Shown here: in pieces, positions 53,510 to 64,000 of the stretch | Layout: every line of letters starts with the position of its first letter | Position numbering within the stretch: position 1 is the first letter of the stretch | Assembly: GCF_006345805.1 (NCBI RefSeq) | Contig: NC_043003.1 | Location: forward strand, 15,004,001 to 15,068,000 | From: Octopus sinensis | Lineage: Eukaryota | DNA length: 64,000 nucleotides | Reading direction: 5' to 3' | The notes under the pieces: model-generated | Databases searched by the model: none | Told to the model about the DNA's origin: nothing | What the model saw: the letters and a program-made list of their open reading frames with translations, nothing else | Program-made: the position numbers and the translations under genes

Positions 53510-53822
53510 CAGTTCTATATTTAAGAGATGAGGAATTATGTACATTATTTACATTATTTATATTTGACGGATATGTGTCCTTATCTTGTTTGTTGTTATT
53601 ACAATGTTTCAGCAGATATACCCTCCAGCCTTCATCGGGTGTCTTGGGGAAATTTTGAACCTGGGTTCTCATTCCTAAAGTATTTTTTTATGCTGTTGTT
53701 GTTGTTGTTGTTATTATTGTTGTTGTTGTTGTTGTTAATATTATTCAGGTCACTGCCAGGAATCGAACTCGGAATCTTGGTGTTAGTAGCCCATGCTCTT
53801 AACCAATACACCATATGCCTGT
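53510..53822 (-). mobile_element. Second complete tRNA-head/hammerhead short element
   Basis: Colinear with 36820-37134. HHR-like motif at 53598-53643; B box GAGTTCGATTCC on the minus strand near 53760-53770. Confidence 0.7.
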
Positions 53823-54852
53823 GGGCATATGGCCGTGGACAAATGGCATATATATAAATAATGTAAATAATGTAGTAGGCGGCATGTGCTGATTGATTTT
53901 AATTTTTGGCACAAGGCCAGCAATTTGGAGGAGGAAATAAGTTGATTATATTGGCCCCAGTGCTCAACTGGTACTTGTTTTATTGACCTCAAAAGCATGA
54001 ATGGTAAAGTCGACCTCGGTGGAAACTGAAACAGAATGTAAAGAAGGACGAAATGCTGCTAAGCATTTTGCCTGGTCTGCTAAAGATTCTGCTATCTCAC
54101 CACCACAGACTCAGCCAAATATTAGCAAAATGCTGCCACAAAATAAAATTACTCACCATCATCAGTGTTCAACATCTGCCTTCCATGCTGACATGGGTGG
54201 GACAGTTTGACAAGAGCTGGCCAGGCAGAAGCCTGTGCCAGACTTCTATAACTGTTTTGGCAGGAATTTTACAGCTAACACCAACCACTCAGCAGAGGGG
54301 ACTTAATGCGAGGTCAGTTTTGAAAAGGTTTTTACAATTGGATGCCCTCAGAGTGGACTTAATGCTTCTTACGTGGCACAAGCACAGGTGAGGTCAGTTT
54401 TAGCAAGGTTTTTAAAACTAGATGCCCTTCTGAACACCAACCCCTTAGCAGAGTGGACTTAATGCTTCTTATGTGGCAAAGCACAGGTGAGGTCAGTTTT
54501 AGCAAGGTTTTTAAAACTGGATGCCCTTCCAAACACCAACCACTTAGCAGAGTGGACTTAATGCTTCTTACGTGGCACAAGCACAGGCAAGGTCAGTTTT
54601 GGCAAGGTTTTTACAGCTAGATGCCCTTCCAATCACAAACCACTTTACAATGTGGACTGGGTGCTTTTAAGTGTCACCTTCACTGACAGGGACACCAAGT
54701 ACTTGCAAGACAAAAAAAATTATTACTCTTATAAAACCTAAATCTATGAGGAGACCAACTCTGAGATCATATTCTTTTGAGGCATGTTCTATTTAACACA
54801 AAACTTTAATCATGGGTTAGCAGTAATATTTTAATACTGTATTATAATATAC

Positions 54853-55100
54853 AGTGGAGGCTCGTGGCTTAGTGGTTAGGGTGTCAGCACCATGATCGTA
54901 AGATTGTGGTTTCGATTCCTGGACCGGGCAACGCGTTGTGTTCTTGAACAAAACACTTCATTTCACGTTGCTCCAGTCCACTCAACTGGCAAAAATGAGT
55001 AATGCTGCGATGGACTGGTGACCCGTCCAGCTGGGGAACACATACGCCATAGAAACCAGGAAACTGGGCCCATGAGCCTGGCTAAGCTTTAAAAGGGCGC
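54853..55100 (+). mobile_element. tRNA-derived SINE family S4 (V-SINE-like central motif)
   Basis: A box TGGCTTAGTGG, B box GGTTTCGATTCC, then TGTGTTCTTGAACAAAACACTT and GCGATGGACTGG..CCCGTCCAG. Confidence 0.65.
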
Positions 55101-55127
55101 ATTTATTTTTCATTTTATTATAATATA

Positions 55128-55363
55128 CAGGGTGGCTCAAAAGTAGGTTTACAGTTATTCAACTATCTCTTTCGCATTCCTATATTAACAGTTTAGAACT
55201 TAATTATAAAAGAAATATGAAACCATTATTCTATGCTAATTTAGTTAATTTTGTCAAGCTCCCTTTTCAGTTTGTAAGATAGAAATTTAAATGTAATAAA
55301 ATGCTTCAAAAGAAATTTAAAGTGCCTATGTGATAACTGTAAACCTACATTTGGGCCACCCTG
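55128..55363. mobile_element. Tc1/mariner-type MITE
   Basis: TA|CAGGGTGGCTCAAAAGTAGGTTTACAGTTAT...ATAACTGTAAACCTACATTTGGGCCACCCTG|TA. Confidence 0.85.
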
Positions 55364-55933
55364 TATACCAATAACAGGTTCTACATTCTAGACACTGTTC
55401 TGCAAGTGTATATAGAACCCTGAGATGTGTTTCACACATATGAGTATAAAAGAGAACAATACATTTTCTATTTACTCGTATAAATATAAATATATATATA
55501 TGTGTGTGTGTGTGTATACATACATATAAATATATACTTACATGATGCATACATACATACATACACATACATTTATACACACACACACACATATACATGT
55601 CTGATTATGCACATATGACTGGATATATACATATACACACAAGCATATATACAAAATATGCTCATACATACAAGCATACATGCATGCATACATACATGTG
55701 TGTGTGTGTGTGTGTGTGCATATATGAATGGATATGCACACACGCACACACCGATATATAATATACATACAAACATCCATACATACACACATGCACACAC
55801 TCACACAAGCGTGCACATATCATATCTGATGTTTTTACTCCAAGACTTTACCATTTGGCATGTTCCTGTCCAATAGCTGTTGATCACAAGCCATAAGTCG
55901 GTATAATGAGTCTCTTTTATTGCCAGCGCTTAC

Positions 55934-56086
55934 TCCATAACGATAGACTCTGTTTGCTTATGTGGATTTTTAATGTATATTACAATATTGATCAATAATT
56001 CACAGCTGTACTTCTTTTCTTTGTTTTTTGCTTTATGATCATCTTGTTGTTGTTGTCGTATCATCTCTAATACAGTTTCTTCCAGC
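55934..56086 (-). CDS. Possible 153-nt coding exon of an unidentified host gene
   Basis: Pyrimidine-rich stretch upstream of a CAG acceptor, an open frame (LEETVLEMIRQQQQDD...TESIVM) and a GA|GTAAGC donor. No recognisable domain. Confidence 0.25.
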
Positions 56087-57146
56087 CTGGTTCCAACCAT
56101 GTACAAAGAAACAGAAGAGCATCGAAGGAAAAAAGTTAAACTCACCCCCTCCTCTTCCTCCTCTCTATCCTCCTCCCGCTCTTCCCTTTCTCTTCCTCTT
56201 CCTCTCTCCCATCACCCCCATCATAATCCTCCTCTCTTCCCCACTTCGTTGTTACCATCGTCGTCATTGTCGCCATCATCATCATTGCCATCATCATTGT
56301 CATTGTCATCGGTGTCAGCGTCATCATCCTCATCATCATCATCACATCATCATCATCTTCATCATCATTGTCGTCATCGTCGTCGCCGTCATCATTATCA
56401 TCATAATCAACACCATTGTCATCATCATCATCGTCATCATCATTATCGTCATCATCATCATGATTATCACATCATCACTGTCATCATCATTGTGATCATC
56501 ATTATCGTGATCGTCGTCGTCGTCATCGTTGTCATTGTCATCATCATCATCATCATTACATCATCATCATCATTATCTTCATCATCATCGTCATCATCGT
56601 CGTCACTGTCATCATCATCATCATAATCAACACCATCATCATCGTCTTCATCGTTGTTATCATCATGATTATCACATCATCACTGTCATCACCATCGTTA
56701 TCATCATGATGATGATGATCATGATCATCATCGTCATCATCATCATCATCGTCATCATTTTAAACATACACTTTTCTGCGTTCACATAGGTCGGACAGAA
56801 TTTTATTGAGGCAGATTCTCTAGAAATGGACACCTTTCCTGTCACAGACTTTCACCTGTTTCCAACTCAGGTAATATTCTTCCCATGACCAGACACAATT
56901 AATGAAATCCTATTTATTTTTATCAAACACGGAAGCAAAGAGTTCTAAGATTAAATTCATAATTTGGGGAAATCCTGTATATTTAACTAAATATACTAGC
57001 AAAGAGTTCTTTATGAGATAAAAAAAAAACATTGAGGCTTGAAAGAACTTCTGTCACCTTAGCATAAACAAATTGTCATTGAAATTACAGATTCTTAAGC
57101 AGAAGGAACTCGTTAGTATAACAGCATTGTAACATAATGATAAATA

Positions 57147-57557
57147 CTCTTTTACTCTTTTACTTGTCTCAGTCATTTGACTGTGGCCATGCTGAAGTAC
57201 CGTCTTTAGTTAAGCAAATTGACCCCAGGGCTTATTCTTTGTAAGCCTAGTACTTATTTTATCAGTCTCTTTTGCCGAACTGTTAAGTTACAGGGATGTA
57301 AGCACACCAGCATCGGTTGTCAAGCGATGTTGGGGGGACAAACACAGACACAAGCACACACACATACACACACACACACATACATACACACATATATACG
57401 ACAGGTTTCTTTCAGTTTCCAACTACCAAATCCACTCACAAGGCTTTGGTTGGCCTCAGGCTACAGTAGAAGACACTTGCAATGTGCCACACATTGGGAC
57501 ACAACCTGGAACCATGTAGTTGGTAAGCAAGCTACTTACTACACAGCCACTCCTGCG
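57147..57557 (-). mobile_element. SINE family S1
   Basis: Reverse-complement match. Confidence 0.85.
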
Positions 57558-58065
57558 GCTATATTGCCTCTCCTGTGCCTATATAGCCACTCCTGTGCCT
57601 ATAAATGGTTTTCTTGGAAATCAAAGATATAACTGATGAGGTTAGTAAATATTTTGTGAATTGGTGGAAACTTGCACGAGATGCAAAAAGCCATAAATAG
57701 ACATCAATTAGGCTTGAAGCCAAACAGTTTAAGCATGCTTTAGTCTGTTTCACAATTAGATTTCTAAGTTCATCTATTGCTGTTTTATTGGTAGCTAACA
57801 TTTTTATAATGATGCAGTAATTAACTATTTCTTTTAACTTAAGATTATTTAGCTTCTTCTTCTTCTTCTTCTGAAGGGGTTTAGTTGAACAAATTGAGCC
57901 CAGGACTTATTTTTTAACTTTGGTGTTTGTTCTGTCTTTTTTTGCCATTAAGAAAGTAGTCTTTGTGTGTAGCAGATGTGTAGGTACAACAAACACTGGG
58001 AAAGTACAGGGAATAAACTCCTTCAAATCTCTGGAATCATCCTTACAAGCAGAAGATAGTTTCTG

Positions 58066-58533
58066 TTAGAAAATAACTATTTTTAAATCTCGCAACATGT
58101 GATATTCAGCAACAGTACTTTGTAGTAAAGATTGCTTGCCAACATAACATTGCAGTCCTGGTTTAGGACTAATGTTGTTGTAATTTAGCCCCAGGAGACA
58201 TCGTCTCCAGCTGGCTATATGACAGAATCTATGTTCTTATATTTTCAAACAAGGGAATCTAGCGCCCCCTCTCAGCTCAAAACAATATCTGTGCATCGCA
58301 ATTTCTGGGTTATTTCCCTTCATCAGCACAGAATATTGTTCAGCTAGTTCGAAAATATATAAGGACACAGATCGTGTCATATAGCCAGCTGGAGACGATG
58401 TCTCCTGGGGCTAAATTACAGCAACATTAGTCCTAAACCAGGACTGCCATGTTATGTTGGCAAACAATCTTTACTACAAAGTACTGTTGCTGAATATCTC
58501 ACGTTGTGAGATTTAAAAATAGTAGTTTTCTAA
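58066..58533. repeat. Long inverted repeat (~185-bp arms) around a ~100-bp loop
   Basis: 58066-58250 mirrors 58348-58533. Part of the arm also occurs at ~25735-25800. Confidence 0.9.
58281..58340 (-). ncRNA. Type I hammerhead ribozyme-like motif (non-canonical cleavage triplet)
   Basis: Minus strand reads AACAAUAUUCUGUG-CUGAUGA-A-GGG-AAAUAA-CCC-A-GAAA-UUGCGA-UG-CACAGAUAUUGUU. Stem I is 13 bp with one bulge. Confidence 0.65.
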
Positions 58534-60440
58534 TTTATAAATCAGTGACTAGTTGTCACTTTGAAAACTATATATTTTGAACGGGAATTTGGCAGCGCCA
58601 CCTCTAGCCAAGCAATTTTGTTGTTTTTTGAAGAATTCTAAGTGGAAGTTTTTTTGTGTGAAGCCACCATCGTTGGGTGGTGGTGAATAATTGAGAAAAT
58701 GAAGTTATGCAGAGGCTACTGGTGGTCAAGTTCCCCTAGACCCATGTGTACTGAAGCCAGAGATGATACAGTGGAATGAGGGGTTGATAACCAAATATTT
58801 TGGTATGATAATGAAGGGTCAAATATGAAAATGACCCTGCTAGAGGAGGAAAAAAGGAAAATGGAAAATAAGACGGTCATATTCAGAACATTTTTTAAAT
58901 AGGAGAATAGAACACACGCCGCAGGAAGAGATAGAAGAAATCTTGGAGGAACAAATAGGAGAAAGGATAACGTTCTTTACAAGAGGAAGGCGATATATGT
59001 TGATAGTAATAACCTTTGTATCAGAAGAGGCAGCAAAAAACCAACAATTATCATCATCATCATCATTATTATTATTATTATTATTATGCAGGTCACTGCC
59101 TGGGATCAAACTAGGAATCTTGGGGTTAGTAGCCCGCGCTCTTAACCACTACGCCATATGCCCGTGGCAAACACGATGAGGACAAATATCCGTCAAATGT
59201 AAATAATGTAAACAATTCCTCATCTCTTAAATATGGAACTGTATAACCTTCAAATTGTCTCTGATCTCAACTGAGGGGGAAGTTAGAAGACGTATTTGGT
59301 TTGAACCACTGTTATGTCTTTTCTCACTTCAGAGTGGATAAAGCAAGCCCCCAGTAGCTTACTGGTAAATTTCTGTTGATTGCATGCTCCATTATAAATT
59401 TGTTGTCTTGCCTTTGTGTCAGAAACCATTAGAAACGGCAGCGACAACAGCAGCAAAGGCATGGAAAGCAAACGGCAGCTGAGGCGATGACAGCAGCAGC
59501 AGCAACAACAAAAACAGCAGCAGTAACAACAGCAGGAGCAATCGGTGCCAGCAGCGGCAACAGCAGCAGCAGCACCAGAAAAAGAAGAAGAAGAAGAAGA
59601 AGAAGAAGAACAAGAAGAAAGAACAAGAAGAAGAAGAAGAAGAAGAACAAGGAGAAGAACAAGAAGAAGAAGAAGAAGAAGAAGAAGAGGGGGAGGGGGA
59701 GGGGAGGAAGAGAGGAGGAGGAAGAGAGGAGGAGGAGAAGAAGAAGAAGAAGAAGTGGAGGAGAAGAAGGAGAAGAAGAGGAGGAGGAAGAAGAAGAAGA
59801 AGAAGATGAAGAAGAAGAAGAAAAAAGAAGGGGAAGAAGAGGAGGAGGAGGACGAGATGATGATGATGATGATGACGACGACGATGATGATGATGATGAT
59901 GGAGGGACAGGAGGAAAATGTGGACAAGAAGAATAAGAAGAACCCGCCGCCACCACCACAGCCGCCACCACCGCCATCGCTACCATCACCACTTGTGCCA
60001 GCAACACCAGCATCCAGCTTCACTGTTAACTACTTTGGCTGTCACTAGGTCAATAGGCTATTTGGGGAGGTGGGTGGGGAGAGTGGGGGGAGAAGACAGG
60101 TGAGAAAGGTTAACAGGACTTAGTCACCTTTTCTTACATACCTACAACACACGCACACGCGCACGCACACACACACACACACATACACAGATACGCACAC
60201 ATACATCTTATATGTGTCTCTCTCTCTCGATCAATTTTCTCCTATGGACCTCTCTGACTCGTAGTTTATTCATTGTTTAATTGAAACTATTCTACATTTG
60301 TGTAATTAAATATTATTAGGAAATGTAGAACAACAAAAAAAAATAAACTGCTGAAATAATTTGTAGGTACAGGCGTAGCAGTGTGGTAAGGAGCTTGGTT
60401 ACCAACCACATGGTATATTATATATACATACATATACATA

Positions 60441-60473
<33 letters not shown>

Positions 60474-60561
60474 GTGTGGTGTGTGTGTGTGGTGTGTGTG
60501 TGTGTGTGTGTGGTGTGTGTGTGTGTATTATATATATATATATTCATATATATATATAAAT

Positions 60562-60597
<36 letters not shown>

Positions 60598-60839
60598 GTT
60601 TAACGTCCGCTTTCCATGCTAGCATGGGTTGGACGGTTCGACCGGGGTCTGGGAAGCCAGGAGGCTGCACCAGGCCCAGTCTGATCTGGCAGTGTTTCTA
60701 CAGCTGGATGCCCTTCCTAACGCCAACCACTCCATGAGTGGATTTGGTAGGTAGAAACTGAAAGAAGCTCATTGTATATATATATATATATTTTTTATTC
60801 AACAAAAACAATAACAATATTTAACAAAAACATCTTTAA

Positions 60840-60982
60840 ATGATGGTCTGACCATCTGCCAAGCAAATGGGAAGCAGTAATTAAAGTAGATGGTGAATAT
60901 GCTCCGGAATAATCATTTAAAGAGGTTTTTGTTACATGTTGTTGAAAAAAAAAAGCCACAATAATTATGGATCAACCCAATA
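60840..60982 (+). mobile_element. Mariner 3' end remnant
   Basis: DHLPSKWEAVIKVDGEYAPE* followed by the TIR-like ATTATGGATCAACCCAATA. Confidence 0.6.
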
Positions 60983-61425
60983 TCTATATATCAAATCCCA
61001 CCGAGGTTGACTTTGCCTTTCATCCTTTTGGGGTCAATAAATTAAGTACCAGTTGCATACTGGGGTCGATCTAATCAACTGGCCCCACCACCTAAATTTC
61101 AAGCCTTGTGCCTAGAGTAGAAAATATATATATATATATATATATAAGTTCAGCAAAATTTCGATTCAAATGAATATGGTACTTAAGTTAGATGCACCAG
61201 AATTTTGTATGGTGTTATCCATATAAATCCATGGGGTGATTATAATCAAAATAAGCAACAAGAATATCTTAATATGAAAATATATATTAATGGAAAACCT
61301 CTATAAATGGCTGATGATTGCTCAACATTTTAAAACTGTTGTAATACTTACAATATTTAATAAAATGATGAAGCGTGAAACGATCATACCAAATTACCGA
61401 AGATATTCTTGTTACTTATTTTGAG

Positions 61426-61459
<34 letters not shown>

Positions 61460-61482
61460 TTATACATACACATACATACATA

Positions 61483-61520
<38 letters not shown>

Positions 61521-61911
61521 CATGTATGTGTCTATACAATAGGCTTCTTTCAGTTTCCATCTGCCAAATCCACTCACAAAGCTTTAGTTAGCCCAAGGCT
61601 ATAGTAGAAATCACTTGCACAAGGATTCACACGGTGGGACTGAACCCAGAACCATGTGGTTGGGAAGCAAGGAGCATATGTACTACCCACTGCTCTAGGT
61701 AGTCTGATGTCCAACTTGCTAGAAATAGCAGCCAAGTCTCACATATATCACACCTTACTGTCTTAAATTAAAATTCACATTATATAACTTAGTCATATGT
61801 TTGTCTTTCATTACAGGTGTGTTAAATCTAGATTCACCTGAGGTTAGCAACAATAACAATCATAACATGTTCTTGATAGCCAGTGAAGGTATATCTACCT
61901 AGTCGCTTTCA

Positions 61912-62085
61912 CTGCTAGAAATAATAACCAAATCCGTCCCAAACTGCTAGAAATAATAACCAAATTTGTCTCAAACTGCTATAAATAACAACCAGATCTG
62001 TCTCAAACAGCTAGAAATAACAACCAAATCCGTCCCAAACTGCTAGAAATAATAACCAAATCTGTCTCAAACTGCTATAAATAAC
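61912..62085. repeat. ~32-bp minisatellite (5-6 units)
   Basis: CTGCTAGAAATAATAACCAAATCCGTCCCAAA and variants. Confidence 0.85.
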
Positions 62086-62974
62086 ACATGCTCAAAGTGT
62101 CATGCCATGGGATTGAACCTGAAACTAAGTAAGCTTCTTAACCACACAACCAGAACAAAAAAAAAGGAGGGATGGTCGTGGCCGGAACAATTATAACGAC
62201 CGCTACTACAATTACTATAGATGTAGTTATAATGTTTATGCCGACGGCGGAGGTGGACTGTGGTTGTGGCCGAGGTGGTGAAGTAACGAAGCTGAGATGA
62301 ACTTTTAACGTAACTTTAATGTTTAATTAAAGGGACGCTACTCGTATCGACTATTTCTTGGGCGTGCACACACGCAAGAAAAAAAAGAAACACTCGACTT
62401 TCTTTAGCGCCTGTCGTATAACGAATATAGGAAGGGGGCTGTACTTTAAAAGACGGGGGACACAAGAAGAAGGAGAAGAAGAACAACAACAACAACAACA
62501 ACAATAATAATAATAAATAAGACGAAAAGAAGAAGGAGAAGAAGGGGAAGAAGAAGAAGGAGAAGAAGGGGAAGAATAAGAAGGGGAAGAAGAAGAAGGA
62601 AGAGAAGAAGGAGAAGAAGGGGAAGAAGAAGAAGAAGAAGAAGAAGAAGAAGAAGAAGAAGAAGAAGAAGAAGAACAACAACAACAACAACCAGAAGAAG
62701 AAGAACAAGAAGAAGAAGAAGAAAAAGAACAGCAACAACAACAAGACGAAGTTATTGTCTGTCAAAAGACTTCTATATTTGAATGGAATCAACAACTGCT
62801 ATGAACGGACTCCGTCTCTCTGAACAACAATATTTGCAGCTGTCGATTAAATTCTAAGAACAGGTATTGAAACCTGCACTTCAACAAGTAGAGGTTTTAG
62901 ATTAGAGAACTAAAAATACACGACAACCATCCGTTGAAGCAGCCTCGCTTGGTTTGTTTAAGTTATAAAATAGA

Positions 62975-63393
62975 AATACCTATTTCTTTACTACCCACAA
63001 AGGGCTAACCACAGAGAGGACAAACAAGGACAGACAAAGAGATTAAGTCGATTACATCGACCCCAGTGCGTAACTGGTACTTAATTTATCAACCCCGAAA
63101 GGATGAAAGGCAAAGGCGACCTCAGCGGAATTTGAACTCAGAACGTAACGGCAGACGAAATACCTATTTCTTTACTACCCACAAGGGGCTAAACATAGAG
63201 GGGACAAACAATGACAGACAAAGGGATTAAGTCGATTACATAGACATCAGTGCGTAACTGGTACTTAATTTATCGACCCCGAAAGGATGAAAGGCAAAGT
63301 CGACCTCGGTGGAATTTGAACTCGGGACGTAACGACAGACGAAATATGGCTACGCATTTCGCCCGGCGTGCTAACGTTTCTGCCAGCTCGCCT
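62975..63393 (-). mobile_element. SINE family S3 variant with a duplicated 3' body; CpG sites intact
   Basis: GAAATACCTATTTCTTTACTACCCACAA occurs twice (~62973, ~63157); the head TTCTGCCAGCTCGCCTT lies at ~63378-63394. Confidence 0.85.
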
Positions 63394-63559
63394 TCTATAT
63401 AATATAGAAATAGCAACCAAATTTCCCTCATGTGACAGCGTAGTGTTTTGTGGGGAGATGGGGAAAAAAAAACGAAAAAAAGAAAGAAAGAAAGCAGATA
63501 TGGACAATGTGTTGTAAAACTCTCTTTAAAATACCTGCGATTTATCTATCACAATATCT

Positions 63560-63640
<81 letters not shown>

Positions 63641-63723
63641 ATTACATATATATAATATTGTATATACATATATGTATGTATATATATATAATATTTATAT
63701 TATATATTTATTATATATATATG

Positions 63724-63802
<79 letters not shown>

Positions 63803-64000
63803 GTTGGTTTGTAACTTAAATTCTCATAAAACTAAATTATATTATGTAGTATTATAAAATAAAAGCTAGGTGCTTGTAACACGACAGATCATCGCCATCG
63901 TCAACAGCAACAACAACTAACGTATTTATAACAGAGAAGAATATAAGAATGTATAAATTTAGTAGAAAACCAAGAGAATATTATATATAATAGATAGTTT

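Noticed and set aside
58840-59040. Purine-rich coding-like stretch (EEIEEILEEQIGERITFFTRGRR)
   Set aside because: Possibly a LINE ORF1 relic, but frameshifted and not identifiable without a search.
59089-59163. tRNA gene on the minus strand
   Set aside because: No clean acceptor stem, and several diverged copies exist; it is the head of a repeat.
59283-60048. Overlapping low-complexity ORFs on both strands
   Set aside because: (CAG)n, (GAA)n and (GAT)n tracts with no domain.

Overview
Eukaryotic, AT-rich, repeat-saturated DNA with no complete protein-coding gene. Almost all entries in the ORF track are translations of microsatellites ((TA)n, (CA)n, (CATA)n, (CAT)n, (TAA)n, (GAA)n) or of SINEs. 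The SINE families and microsatellite load resemble an Octopus (cephalopod) genome; this is inference, not a database match. The window holds many copies of several SINE families and fossil non-LTR retrotransposons (R4/Dong-like, CR1-like, RTE-like, Tx1/L1-like). It also holds mariner/Tc1, hAT, piggyBac-like and Helitron-like remnants, a tRNA-Lys pseudogene and a few weak minus-strand exon candidates. The most notable signal is RNA-structural: about 19 hammerhead-ribozyme (HHR)-like motifs found by eye. First, a ~496-bp CpG-rich unit at 22885-23812, repeated nearly twice in tandem, carries a type I hammerhead with an unusually large stem-II domain; copy 2 has an intact core, and the layout is retrozyme-like, predicting a ~498-nt monomer or circular RNA. 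Second, a type I hammerhead with a 13-bp stem I sits in the loop of a ~185-bp inverted repeat at 58066-58533. Third, a dispersed family joins a tRNA-like Pol III head to a Penelope-type minimal hammerhead and shows a recurrent 5' inversion. All folds were made by eye, and repeat boundaries are approximate.
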